64,000 nt of DNA from Bryobacterales bacterium (GTDB taxonomy: Bacteria; Acidobacteriota; Terriglobia; Bryobacterales; Bryobacteraceae). The notes beneath the pieces are model-generated. The model was not told where the DNA came from and made no database searches. It was given only the letters and a program-made list of their open reading frames with translations. Each line of letters starts with the position of its first letter. Position 1 is the first letter of the stretch. The translations under genes were made by a program, and so were the position numbers. The stretch lies in contig JBBQUM010000029.1 of the NCBI GenBank assembly GCA_038212445.1, forward strand, positions 8,474 to 72,473. The letters are read 5' to 3'. Below, piece by piece: positions 55,238-64,000 of this stretch.

Positions 55238-56555
55238 GTTCAGCTTGGAAGAGAGCTGTGAAGTAGGAAACCTGCTGCTCGAGCGACGCGATCAGCGCGT
55301 CGGCCGCGGCCATCTTCGCTTGCAGATTCGTCCGTAAAGTGTCGACTCTGCGCTGCGTGTCGTCAATACGATTCTGTTCGTCGGTAATCGTCTCTTGTAC
55401 AGATGTCACCGACGCTTTGATGATGCCGTTCGTCGAGTCGGCAACGCCGCTAAGCGTATTCGTCGCAAATCCCAGAAAGCCGGTAGTTGAATCGCCGAGA
55501 AACGATGCAGCGCTCGCCAGTTGGCCGGCCGAGAACGCACTCACCACCGTCGCGTCGAAAGTCAGCTTTCCGCTCTTGTCGAACTGAATCCCAAGATCGG
55601 CCAACCCCTTGATTCCCGATGACGATCCGGTGTCGTAGCTAACTACATTCCGGAGCGCGCCCGCTAGCGACGAGACGATGCTATCACCCGATAACGCGCC
55701 GCCGCTCTTCCCGCGCTGCGCATCGGTGGCGTCTACTGCTGCGTTGAAGGTGGCTACGAATCCCGAGAGTGCGTTTTGCAGCGACGTCGTCGATCGGCTG
55801 ACGATGATCTCCGTCGTCCCAAAGCCTTTCAAATCAACATTCAGACCGGGAGCAATGGTGACAGTCCGGGAGTTCGAGGAAATTCCGCCGGAAGGCTGAC
55901 CGTTCACCGTGTAAACCGCGGGAGTGCCCGTGCTCAAGGGGTCGAGCAATTCGCTCGTCCCATCCTTCAGGCTGATCGTATCCCCACCCAACCCGGAACT
56001 CTTTAGAAATAAACGGTAGTCGGCCGCATTAGGTCCACCAATATTGACCACCGTTGCCTCGGCGCCGGCGTTCGCATTGTTGATCGCCGCAGCCAGCGAG
56101 TTCAGGCTGTTGTCACCAGGCGCCAACTGGGTGTCGACACCGTTAATGGACAAGGTGATAGAGGACGCGGTGGAGAGACCCCCGCTCGAGGGATCTGTGA
56201 TTTTGGGCAGGGTGGCGCTGCTGACAGCGGTGCTGGGCGTTCCGACGCTGGTGACGTCGATCGTGTAAGTACCAGCTAAAGGCGATCCTGAAACCGTCGG
56301 GCTGGCAATCGACGAATCTCCCGAGGTTGCCCTGATTGAGCCGGAAGATGCCGCGGTTCCAATGCCCGCTAGTACTGAAGCAACCGCACTGTAACTCGCC
56401 TGTAAGCCATTCAGTGCAGTGACCTGATCCTGTAACTTCAACTTCTGCTGCGATAGCTGCGTGATAGGCAGCGATGCGATGTTCACCGCTCGGGTGATCA
56501 CCTGTTGGAAGTCCGTCGAGTACCGACTCGTCCCGTTGAATATAGTTGAACTCAT
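55212..56555 (-). CDS. fliD: flagellar filament capping protein FliD
   Basis: N-terminal RYSTDFQQVITRAVNIASLPITQL and a C-terminal coiled-coil FliD_C-like region. Confidence 0.9.
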   Translation of the reverse strand: MSSTIFNGTSRYSTDFQQVITRAVNIASLPITQLSQQKLKLQDQVTALNGLQASYSAVASVLAGIGTAASSGSIRATSGDSSIASPTVSGSPLAGTYTIDVTSVGTPSTAVSSATLPKITDPSSGGLSTASSITLSINGVDTQLAPGDNSLNSLAAAINNANAGAEATVVNIGGPNAADYRLFLKSSGLGGDTISLKDGTSELLDPLSTGTPAVYTVNGQPSGGISSNSRTVTIAPGLNVDLKGFGTTEIIVSRSTTSLQNALSGFVATFNAAVDATDAQRGKSGGALSGDSIVSSLAGALRNVVSYDTGSSSGIKGLADLGIQFDKSGKLTFDATVVSAFSAGQLASAASFLGDSTTGFLGFATNTLSGVADSTNGIIKASVTSVQETITDEQNRIDDTQRRVDTLRTNLQAKMAAADALIASLEQQVSYFTALFQAERDAARSSN

Positions 56556-56566
56556 GATGACGGCTC

Positions 56567-56602
56567 AAGAAAGATGGGGCCGTCTATACGATCGGCCCCA
56601 TC
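56567..56602 (-). terminator. intrinsic terminator/attenuator between fliC and fliD
   Basis: On the minus strand: GATGGGGCCG-10 nt-CGGCCCCATC followed by TTTCTT. Confidence 0.6.
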
Positions 56603-56619
56603 CTCAACCGACTTTAGGA

Positions 56620-58092
56620 CTATTTGAGAAGCGACAGTACTGCCTGCGGCGCCGAGTTCGCCTGAGCCAGTGCCGCTACCGAAGCCTGCTGCAGAACCTG
56701 CGCCTTGGTGAGGTTGGCAGCTTCCGCGGCGACGTCCGCGTCACGAATGCGCGATTCAGCGGCCGAGAAGTTGGTGATCTGCGACTGTGCCAGAGCGATC
56801 GCCGATTGCAGATCGTTCTCACCGGTACCAACCTTGCCCTGGACTTTGCCGAGGTAAGAGATGGCCGATTTGATGGAGGTCAGCGCAGACAGTGCGTTGG
56901 CCGTCGTGCTGCCGCCAGTCGGAGGAGCCGTGACCGTCGCCACTGCGGCCGACGCCAGATTGCCCAGACCGCCGGTGCCGGCATCGACGCCGCGGGTCAG
57001 CGTGAATGCTGCTGAGCCTTGGAAGTAAAGGTTGCCGGCAAAATCCTGTAGCGCCGAGACGCCGCTGCCGGCCAGCGCAGTGTTGAACTTCGAAACAATC
57101 TGATTCGCGGTATCGCCGGAGGCGAGTGTCACGTTGATCGCTGCGCCGCCAGTCGGCGTCAGGCTGATCGTCTGCGGAACCCCACCAGCGGCGGCGGTGA
57201 TTGCGCCAGCGTTGAAGGTGTACTGCGAACTGTTCACCGAGGTGGTCGCTGTGGCGATTCCCGTGCCGGCGCCAACGGCAACCGCCGTCTCAAATATGAA
57301 GGCGTTCCCGCTTGACAGGCTCAGCTTGCCGGTGGTCGCGTCTTTGCTGGCTGTGACGCCATACGCCGCCAGCTGCGAATTCAGCGAAGAGATTACCTGG
57401 TCACCGGAAAGGCCGGCCGAGCCGCCGTCCAGCTTGATTACCGCTGTGTTGCCGCCAGCGAGATCCAACGCGAACGTCTGGGTGGTGTTGCTTGCCAGAT
57501 AGGTGCCGCTGCGGAGATCGGCAGAAGTGGCAACCGTCACCGCGCCTACCGTGCCGACGATCGTCGAGCCATTGATGCCCAGACCGGCCGCATCCACTTG
57601 GTTGGCGGAACCGGACAGATCCACTTGCACCTGCGAATTCGCCTGCGTGTAACCGCCGCCGACATAGACGCCGATCGTGGTGTTGTTCACGCCGCCCGCA
57701 TTCAGGCCGATGTTGGCCGCCTGGCGGCTGATTTCACCGATCAGCGTTTGATATTCGTTGTTCAATACCGTGCGGTCGCCGGTGAACGTGCCGGAAGCCG
57801 ACTGCGTCGCGAGCGTCTTCAGACGATCGAGGGTCTTTGAAACATTGTTGAGGCCGCCATCGACAATCTGCAGGATGCTGATGCCGTCGTTGGCATTGCG
57901 AACGCCCTGCGACAACTCAGCTACGTCGCTACGGAACTTGTTGGCAACGGAAAGGCCGGCCGCATCGTCACCGGACGAGTTAATACGATAGCCCGACGTC
58001 AAACGCGAAATGGTCTGGCTCTGAAAGTCGCTGTTCACCCGAAGATTGTTCTGGGCGAAAAGTGAAGTTACGTTGGTCTGAAAGGAATACAT
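56620..58092 (-). CDS. fliC: flagellin
   Basis: N-terminal RLTSGYRINSSGDDAAGLSVANKF...NANDGISILQ and C-terminal AAESRIRDADVAAEAANLTKAQVLQQA...LSLL. Confidence 0.95.
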   Translation of the reverse strand: MYSFQTNVTSLFAQNNLRVNSDFQSQTISRLTSGYRINSSGDDAAGLSVANKFRSDVAELSQGVRNANDGISILQIVDGGLNNVSKTLDRLKTLATQSASGTFTGDRTVLNNEYQTLIGEISRQAANIGLNAGGVNNTTIGVYVGGGYTQANSQVQVDLSGSANQVDAAGLGINGSTIVGTVGAVTVATSADLRSGTYLASNTTQTFALDLAGGNTAVIKLDGGSAGLSGDQVISSLNSQLAAYGVTASKDATTGKLSLSSGNAFIFETAVAVGAGTGIATATTSVNSSQYTFNAGAITAAAGGVPQTISLTPTGGAAINVTLASGDTANQIVSKFNTALAGSGVSALQDFAGNLYFQGSAAFTLTRGVDAGTGGLGNLASAAVATVTAPPTGGSTTANALSALTSIKSAISYLGKVQGKVGTGENDLQSAIALAQSQITNFSAAESRIRDADVAAEAANLTKAQVLQQASVAALAQANSAPQAVLSLLK

Positions 58093-58345
58093 ATTGGTCC
58101 ACTCTTTCTGCTTAAGTTCGGCTTTTCACCGAGGCCCAACGGTTTTCCTCAGGGCCGATAACCTTGTCGCAATTCAAATCTCTTTTTTCACTTTTTTTGC
58201 CTCCGTTACCTCTTCGCCCATCAAATTGAACCTAAAGGCTCGGGAGGCCCATGCCGAAGCCTCCAACGCATCACCGCCAATGAGGGTAACGCGATGGCAC
58301 GGACTGGGGAGCAAGGTTTTCAAAGTGAGAATTCTCGTGCGAGGA

Positions 58346-59185
58346 CTACTTGTGAGGAACAGGGGACGGCTTCTCGGCGTTCACGGCAGCGGCCGCCGCC
58401 TTCGCCTTCTTATCAACGGCGCGTAAACCTGTAATATTCTTGATCACCACATCTACCCGCCGGTTTCTGGCCCGCGCTTCCAGCGTATCGTTATCCATAA
58501 TCGGCTTGGTGTCCGCATAACCAACAACCGACAATCGCTTGGCGTCGATGGCAAACTTACTCTGGAATATCTTCAGCATTGCAATGCTGCGCGCTGACGA
58601 TAATTCCCAATTGCTCGGGAATCGGACGGTGTGTATCGGTACGGAATCGGTGTGGCCCTCGATGGAAATCTCGTTGGGCAGGTCCTTGACTACACCCGCC
58701 AGCTTCGCGATTACGCCCATCGACTTGGCCGCCAGTTCGTCGTCTCCTGACGGAAAGAACGTGGCCTCGCGCAGACTTACCACCATTCCGCGCGGCTCCA
58801 TATGGATTTCAAGTTTTCCGTCTTTGAGCTCCATCTCGAGCTGGGAAGTTAACCTCTGTAGAGAGGGAAGCAACTCCAGGATCTCGTCCGGTGGAGCCTC
58901 TTTCGCCGCCCGCTGGGCGCCGCCAGGCCCTTTCATTTGCGCGTTGCCCTGCCCTTTGTCATCCACCGTGCCGCCCAGAATCTTCGCGACTATCGGAGGT
59001 ACGCCCACGGTCTTGCCGTTTTCGAGCGCGGCCGTAACCGCCTCCGACATGGCCTTCGCTTTTGATTTATCCGTCTGCGATGAAGCAAACATTACAACAA
59101 AAAAGGCAAATAATAGCGTGATGAAATCCGCGTAGGAAACCAGCCAACGCTCGTGATTCTCGTGTTCTGGTGGCTTTTTCTTCAT
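58346..59185 (-). CDS. motB: flagellar motor stator protein MotB (OmpA-like C-terminus)
   Basis: WLVSYADFITLLFAFFVVMFA (TM with the conserved Asp) and C-terminal GHTD...NRRVDVVI. Confidence 0.9.
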   Translation of the reverse strand: MKKKPPEHENHERWLVSYADFITLLFAFFVVMFASSQTDKSKAKAMSEAVTAALENGKTVGVPPIVAKILGGTVDDKGQGNAQMKGPGGAQRAAKEAPPDEILELLPSLQRLTSQLEMELKDGKLEIHMEPRGMVVSLREATFFPSGDDELAAKSMGVIAKLAGVVKDLPNEISIEGHTDSVPIHTVRFPSNWELSSARSIAMLKIFQSKFAIDAKRLSVVGYADTKPIMDNDTLEARARNRRVDVVIKNITGLRAVDKKAKAAAAAVNAEKPSPVPHK

Positions 59186-59191
59186 TACAGA

Positions 59192-60025
59192 TTACGCTGA
59201 CGCCGTCTGTGGACTGCCTTCAGCAGCGCCCGACTTCGATTTCTTAGCGGTACCCTCGGCGAATGCTTCAAGCTTCACTCGGATCAGTTTCGGGTTCATC
59301 CCCTCAACGATGCTGCAAACTCCCTCGAGCACCAGTTCCTTGGATTGCAGGGCATGATGGGCGCGCGCCTTGATCTTGTTACCCGCGGGAAGGAAGAAGA
59401 TGTTCGACATCCCCACCCCGTACACCGTGGCCACAAACGCTACCGCGATTCCCTTGCCTACTTCCTCGATATTCTCCAGATGCTTCATCACCTGAATCAG
59501 ACCGAGTACCGCGCCAATGATTCCAATCGTCGGCGCATAGCCGCCCGCTGATTCGTAGACCTTGGCCTCTGATTCCGACCGGTGGTCGGCCGCCATCATG
59601 TCGAGCTCCATCATCTTGCGCAGTTCCTGAAGTTCCGTCCCGTCCACCGCCAGGGACAGTGCCTTCTTCAGGAACGGGTCGCCTATGCCTTCAAGATCTG
59701 ATTCGAGCGAAACAATACTGCTCTTTCTCGCCTTGGTGGCGAGCGCAATTAACTCGTCGATCGAGTTGTCAATTGAATGCGACTTCTCAAAAAACACCAA
59801 CCCGAACGATTTTGCTGCCCGGATTAGCGTGCCCAGCGGTGTCGTTACCATTACGGCTCCAAGGGTGCCCCCTAAAACGATGACCAGGGCGCTGATTTGC
59901 ATCACATCGGTGATCTTGCCGCCCTCCATCATCAGTCCACCGCCAATCGCCCCGAATGCCAGCAATAAGCCGCCTATCGTCGCGAAGTCCGGTTTCCCGC
60001 CGCCCTTTGATTTTGCGCTAGCCAT
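59192..60025 (-). CDS. motA: flagellar motor stator protein MotA
   Basis: 4 TM segments and the APTIGIIGAVLGLI...TVYGVGMSNIFFLP channel region. Start set to ATG 60025, which has GGAGA 7 nt upstream. Confidence 0.9.
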   Translation of the reverse strand: MASAKSKGGGKPDFATIGGLLLAFGAIGGGLMMEGGKITDVMQISALVIVLGGTLGAVMVTTPLGTLIRAAKSFGLVFFEKSHSIDNSIDELIALATKARKSSIVSLESDLEGIGDPFLKKALSLAVDGTELQELRKMMELDMMAADHRSESEAKVYESAGGYAPTIGIIGAVLGLIQVMKHLENIEEVGKGIAVAFVATVYGVGMSNIFFLPAGNKIKARAHHALQSKELVLEGVCSIVEGMNPKLIRVKLEAFAEGTAKKSKSGAAEGSPQTASA

Positions 60026-60039
60026 GAACGTTCTCCGGC

Positions 60040-60246
60040 TTAATTCTCGGCCTGAGACTCTCGCGGCCTCTGGATACACCGCCGAAAGTCAATTACCTTC
60101 TGAACAACTTCATCCGTGGTCTCAAGGACCATGAACTTCTGTCCGGAAGTCAGGGAGACTACCGTGTCCGGATTTGCGTCAATATGCTCGATCAAATCCG
60201 AGTTAATAATGACGGGTGATCGGTTGAGCCGGGTTAGATGAATCAT
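60040..60246 (-). CDS. flbD: flagellar protein FlbD
   Basis: MIHLTRLNRSPVIINSDLIEHIDANPDTVVSLTSGQKFMVLET is typical of FlbD. Start set to ATG 60246. Confidence 0.85.
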   Translation of the reverse strand: MIHLTRLNRSPVIINSDLIEHIDANPDTVVSLTSGQKFMVLETTDEVVQKVIDFRRCIQRPRESQAEN

Positions 60247-60337
60247 AGGCTGCCTACTTGCGCACTCTTGTTGCGACACTTCCATATCGCAAACGAGACG
60301 CTGTTTTCGATGATTTTACGGGTCCGCTGTTTCCCTA

Positions 60338-61198
60338 ATGCTTAGGCCGGGGAACGCCGATGGACTAATGGAATCGCACTATCCTATGCCCGAAGTTCTG
60401 TCGCCCGACCCGGTGTTGAACCTGGTCTATCAGTCATTTGCGCGCAACGTGTCGATGGCACTTTCGGCTCACCTACGCTACGACATCGCATTCGCTATTG
60501 AGACCGAATCAACCCTAAGCGGTCCGAATACTGTCAATCCCGTCTGCCAAGCGGTTTTCCGTCTGCAACCCGGCAACCTCCCCATCGTCTTCGACCTGGC
60601 TCCGGCCTTTGCCAAGATCCTCATCGAACTCCTCCTCGGCGGACAACCCAGCGCTCCGTCAGAAGAAGAAACAAAAGAGGAAATCACCGAACTCACTGAA
60701 ATCGAGAAACATCTTCTTGGCGAAGTCCTTGATTTGATCGCCGTTGAATTGACCAGCTCGATGGCTCGCGCCGGCAACTTCAAGGTTGTCGCCGAACGGG
60801 CGGAAACCGAAGCAGAGATGCTTCGCGCTTTCGCCCCTTCCGATCAATTGATCGGAATTCAATTGTTAGCGATCACCGCTGCAGGAAACTTCGCAGTTAA
60901 AGTCCTGCAAACCCCTTTGGCTGAGTCGAGATCGGTGCCAGCTGCCGGGACGCTCGATTCACCCCCGCCCAATGCCGCATTCGTGGACCTCCTGGGGGCT
61001 GTCGAAGTCGATTTCGACGCTCGCCTCATCGGTCCTCCCATCGCCCTGCGTGAATTGCTGGCTCTAGAACCCGGCGACGTCATCCGTCTCCGTCATCAAA
61101 CAACTCAGCCTCTCGCCGGCTACGTCAACGGCCAAAGTCAATTCAAAGGCCAGATTGTCTCCACCACCCGGCGGCGCGCATTTCTCCTCGAGACGTAG
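60338..61198 (+). CDS. fliM: short FliM-like flagellar motor switch protein
   Basis: CheC-like middle domain (FARNVSMALSAHLR, LLGG, LTEIEKHLL) plus a C-terminal SpoA/FliN-type domain (LRELLALEPGDVIRL). Start uncertain (60338, 60368 or 60386). Confidence 0.7.
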   Translation: MLRPGNADGLMESHYPMPEVLSPDPVLNLVYQSFARNVSMALSAHLRYDIAFAIETESTLSGPNTVNPVCQAVFRLQPGNLPIVFDLAPAFAKILIELLLGGQPSAPSEEETKEEITELTEIEKHLLGEVLDLIAVELTSSMARAGNFKVVAERAETEAEMLRAFAPSDQLIGIQLLAITAAGNFAVKVLQTPLAESRSVPAAGTLDSPPPNAAFVDLLGAVEVDFDARLIGPPIALRELLALEPGDVIRLRHQTTQPLAGYVNGQSQFKGQIVSTTRRRAFLLET

Positions 61199-61309
61199 TT
61201 CGGCAGGCATCTTCGTCATTTGACAGTCGACATTTGACGAAAATTTGCCGCCTGACTGTCGTCACTCATCCTAGGCATCATTAAATCAGCTACTTAAACG
61301 ACTCCGGGC

Positions 61310-62683
61310 ATGGCACTTCGCCTGCCCTTCCAGACAGCGATTATGTCTCTGCTGTCTAGATTTCGGTCCGCGGTACCCCCGGCAGTCCTCCTCGTCCTGC
61401 CCGCCGTTCTCTTCGCTCAAACCTCTCCGTCCGACCTGAATCTACCTCTCTCCCTAGCCAATGAGATGGCCGTTCGGACCAACTTGCAGACCGTGCTCGG
61501 GCGCGAGAGGATTGTCCAGGCTAAAGGCGAGAAGGCCGAGATCCTCTCCTTCCTGCTCCCCCACGTATCTGCCGAGGCCTACCAGTCCAATCAGACAGCG
61601 AACCTCGCAGCGCTCGGGCTCAGCGGCCAGGTTTTCCCAGGCATCCGGCCGTTCATTGGACCTTTCAGCGTCTTCGATGCCCGCGTTCGAGTGACCCAAA
61701 GCGTCTTTAACCTCGCCGCCTTCCGGCATTATCAGGCCGGAAAATACGCGGAGCAACTGGCACGTGAGCGCGAGCGCTTCGCCACCCAACAGGTGATCAC
61801 CGCCACCTCGCTAACCTATCTCGCGGTGCTCGAAGCCGAGCAGGCGATTGCCAGTACGACGGCTAATGTTCAACTGGCCCAAAGCCTTCTGGATCTTGCG
61901 AATAGCCAGCGCAGCGCCGGCATCGCCACTGGTTTGGACGTGGCGCGCGCCGAAACCCGCCTTGCCAATCAACAGGTTGCTCTCGCGCAAGCGCAAACCA
62001 CCCTGGACACAGCCCGCCTGGAGCTTTTGCGCCTGATCGGCGCACCTCTGGCCAGCCGTCTTGCGCTTACTGATCCCATGCGCTTCACCCCTGAAGGACC
62101 GCATGACGTGGCCGCTCTCGTTCAGGCCGCCGTGGAAGAGCGGAGCGAACTCCGGGCCGCTGCTCAACAGCAGAAGATCGCCAAAGCAAACTATCGAGCC
62201 GCCATGGCCGGATGGGCTCCCACCCTCGCCTTCGCCGGCGACTATGGCAGCAGTGCCATCACTCCCAACAACACCAACCTGCCCACCCGCAGCGTCGGCG
62301 TCCGCCTCGACGTGCCTATCTTTGACGGCGGCCGCACCCGCGCTGAAGTCCAGGTAGCGTCAAGCCTCGTCCGCCAGGCCGACGCCCAGATTCACGACCT
62401 CGCCCTGGCCATCGAAAAGGACATCCGTCAGGCTCTGGGCACTCTCGTCACCCGCGAGGCGCAAGTAAAAGCGGCGCAGAAAGCACAAACGCTCGCCACG
62501 CGCGAGCTTGAACTCTCCCAGGACCGGTTCCGCAACGGCGTCGCCGACAACATCGAAGTCGTCAACGCTCAAACGGCGCTCGAAGGCGCCCGCCTGTCGC
62601 TGGTCTTGAGTCTTGCCCAGTTCAACATCGCCCGGCTGAACCTGGCTTCAGCCCAGGGGCGTGTACAAGACTTCCAACTTTGA
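61310..62683 (+). CDS. TolC family outer membrane efflux protein
   Basis: Signal peptide and two OEP repeats (coiled-coil LA.A...L..A....Y.PTL patterns). Confidence 0.9.
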   Translation: MALRLPFQTAIMSLLSRFRSAVPPAVLLVLPAVLFAQTSPSDLNLPLSLANEMAVRTNLQTVLGRERIVQAKGEKAEILSFLLPHVSAEAYQSNQTANLAALGLSGQVFPGIRPFIGPFSVFDARVRVTQSVFNLAAFRHYQAGKYAEQLARERERFATQQVITATSLTYLAVLEAEQAIASTTANVQLAQSLLDLANSQRSAGIATGLDVARAETRLANQQVALAQAQTTLDTARLELLRLIGAPLASRLALTDPMRFTPEGPHDVAALVQAAVEERSELRAAAQQQKIAKANYRAAMAGWAPTLAFAGDYGSSAITPNNTNLPTRSVGVRLDVPIFDGGRTRAEVQVASSLVRQADAQIHDLALAIEKDIRQALGTLVTREAQVKAAQKAQTLATRELELSQDRFRNGVADNIEVVNAQTALEGARLSLVLSLAQFNIARLNLASAQGRVQDFQL

Positions 62684-62698
62684 GATTCCGAGGACCTA

Positions 62699-64000
62699 AT
62701 GGCAACTGAAACTTTGATTCGAGAAGAAGAACTCGCCCACGAGCATGCGCTTGACGCGCCCCCGGCTCATAGGAGCCGATTTTCCTTGAAATCGTCCCTG
62801 ATTGCGGCCGGAATCCTGGCGCTGGTTGCGGTTGGAGCCGCCTACTATGCTCGTTCGCTGAACTACGAATCTACCGACAATGCGTCGTTTGAAGGCAACG
62901 TGATTCAGGTGAGCCCGCGCGTCGCCGGGCAGGTTGCCAAGGTGTATGTTCAGGACAATCAGCACGTCAACAAAGGCGACCTGCTGGTGGAAATCGATCC
63001 CGCCGACTATGACGTGCGGCTCGCCGAGGCACAAGCCCGCCTCACATCGTCAATCGCCAAAGCCGGCGGCGCCGATACGAGCATCGCTCTCACCACTGCC
63101 ATCACCCGCGCCACGCTTGCCCAGGCCGACGCTGGAGCCGGGGCGGCCCGCAACCAAGTAGACGTGTTGCGGGCGCGCCTTCAGCAAGAGGATGCCGGCA
63201 TTAACGCTGCCCGCGCGCAGTTCGAACTCTATGAAGCCCGTCGCACCGCCTCCGCCGCCGAAGCGGAACGCGCAGCCGGCGACGCCGCCCGCTACCAGAC
63301 GCTGTATCAGAAGGACGAAGTCTCTAAGCAAATGCTCGACCGGGCAGTCAGCGAGGCCCGCGCCACCGCCGCCAATAGCGACGCCGCCAGTCGGGCAGTC
63401 GCCGCCGCCAAGGCTCAACTCGCTCAAGCTACCGCTGGCCGGCAGTCGCTGGCGGCCGGGCTCCAGCAAGGCGAAAATCAGGTCCGGCAAGCTGAGGGGA
63501 GACTTAGCGAGGCGGAAGCAGCACCACAGCAGGTCCAGTTGAAACGTGCCGATGCCGCGGTTGAACGCGCCCGGCTCTCTGAAGCTGAAGCCGCTGTCCA
63601 GGCAGCCTCGCTCAGCCGCTCGTATACGCGCGTCTACGCTACTGAATCCGGGTACATCACCCGGAAGTCAGTGGAAGTCGGCAACTTCGTCGGCGCTGGC
63701 CAGGCCTTAATGGCGCTGGTTTCGGACCATTACTGGGTCGTAGCCAACTTCAAGGAAACACAGTTGACGCGGATCCGCCCCGGCCAGCTCGTCGTTGTGA
63801 AGGTGGACGCCTATCCAAACCTGTCGCTCAAGGCCAAGGTCGACAGCATACAGTCGGGCACCGGCGCCCGCTTCAGCATGATGCCCGCCGAGAATGCCAC
63901 CGGCAATTTCGTCAAGGTGGTCCAGCGGGTGCCAGTGAAGATCGTCCTGCTTCAGACGCCGCCCGTCGAATATCGACTGGGCCCCGGCATGTCGGTTGAG
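62699..64000 (+). CDS. HlyD/EmrA family membrane fusion protein (3' truncated by window end)
   Basis: Not in the ORF track because no stop is reached. My translation: MATETLIREEE...SLIAAGILALVAVGAAYY (TM), ESTDNASFEGNVIQVSPRVAGQVAKVYVQDNQHVNKGDLLVEIDP, a long coiled coil, then YTRVYATESGYITRKSVEVG...ATGNFVKVVQRVPVKI. Confidence 0.85.
   Translation, partial: MATETLIREEELAHEHALDAPPAHRSRFSLKSSLIAAGILALVAVGAAYYARSLNYESTDNASFEGNVIQVSPRVAGQVAKVYVQDNQHVNKGDLLVEIDPADYDVRLAEAQARLTSSIAKAGGADTSIALTTAITRATLAQADAGAGAARNQVDVLRARLQQEDAGINAARAQFELYEARRTASAAEAERAAGDAARYQTLYQKDEVSKQMLDRAVSEARATAANSDAASRAVAAAKAQLAQATAGRQSLAAGLQQGENQVRQAEGRLSEAEAAPQQVQLKRADAAVERARLSEAEAAVQAASLSRSYTRVYATESGYITRKSVEVGNFVGAGQALMALVSDHYWVVANFKETQLTRIRPGQLVVVKVDAYPNLSLKAKVDSIQSGTGARFSMMPAENATGNFVKVVQRVPVKIVLLQTPPVEYRLGPGMSVE

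Noticed and set aside
58154-58161. GCCGATAA sigma28 -10-like box
   Set aside because: Lies on the plus strand, pointing away from fliC into the motB 3' end. No TAAA -35 at the right spacing.
1-64000. Search for CRISPR arrays, IS elements, integrases, prophage or defence-island genes
   Set aside because: No regularly spaced direct repeats, transposase or integrase motifs, or recognisable defence genes were seen. The only mobile-type relic is the decayed TA module.

Overview
GC-rich (by eye about 60%) chromosomal window with dense coding and no IS element, integrase, CRISPR array, rRNA or tRNA. Gene content suggests Acidobacteriota (inference, no search run): PSCyt/DUF1549/DUF1553-DUF1501 and DUF1800-DUF1501 pairs, a CarboxypepD_reg-type TonB-dependent receptor, and Tat-exported xylose-isomerase-like TIM barrels.

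Layout:
- 1-3.6 kb: metallophosphoesterase diverging from argC-argB-short GNAT.
- 3.7-7.5 kb: MoCF-like protein, a structured intergenic RNA, then an enolase-superfamily gene plus a divergent enolase.
- 7.5-15.5 kb: AI-2E transporter, TIM-barrel proteins, M14 peptidase and two GT4 glycosyltransferases.
- 15.6-22.7 kb: PSCyt/DUF1553-DUF1501-DUF255-tpx, apparently one transcription unit.
- 22.8-23.2 kb: a decayed RHH/MazF toxin-antitoxin remnant.
- 23.2-29.8 kb (minus strand): OPT-rpiB-deoC-GAF/PP2C-lysA.
- 30.1-33.9 kb: DUF1800-DUF1501.
- 34.2-35.5 kb: an orphan Cys-rich secreted protein.
- 35.6-48.6 kb: a glucuronoxylan utilisation locus (ROK, GH67, SDR, TonB receptor, GH3, GPH, GH10).
- 48.6-61.2 kb: flagellar genes (flgBC-fliEFGHIJ, fliC-fliD, flbD-motAB, a short fliM).
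- 61.3-64 kb: tolC-emrA-like efflux genes, truncated at the window edge.

The most interesting candidate is the deoC/rpiB pair. Both carry N-terminal extensions, and the DeoC extension looks like a bacterial-microcompartment encapsulation peptide, yet no shell genes are in the window. All family calls come from motifs read in the translations and recalled family knowledge. Starts were adjusted from the longest-ORF track where noted.
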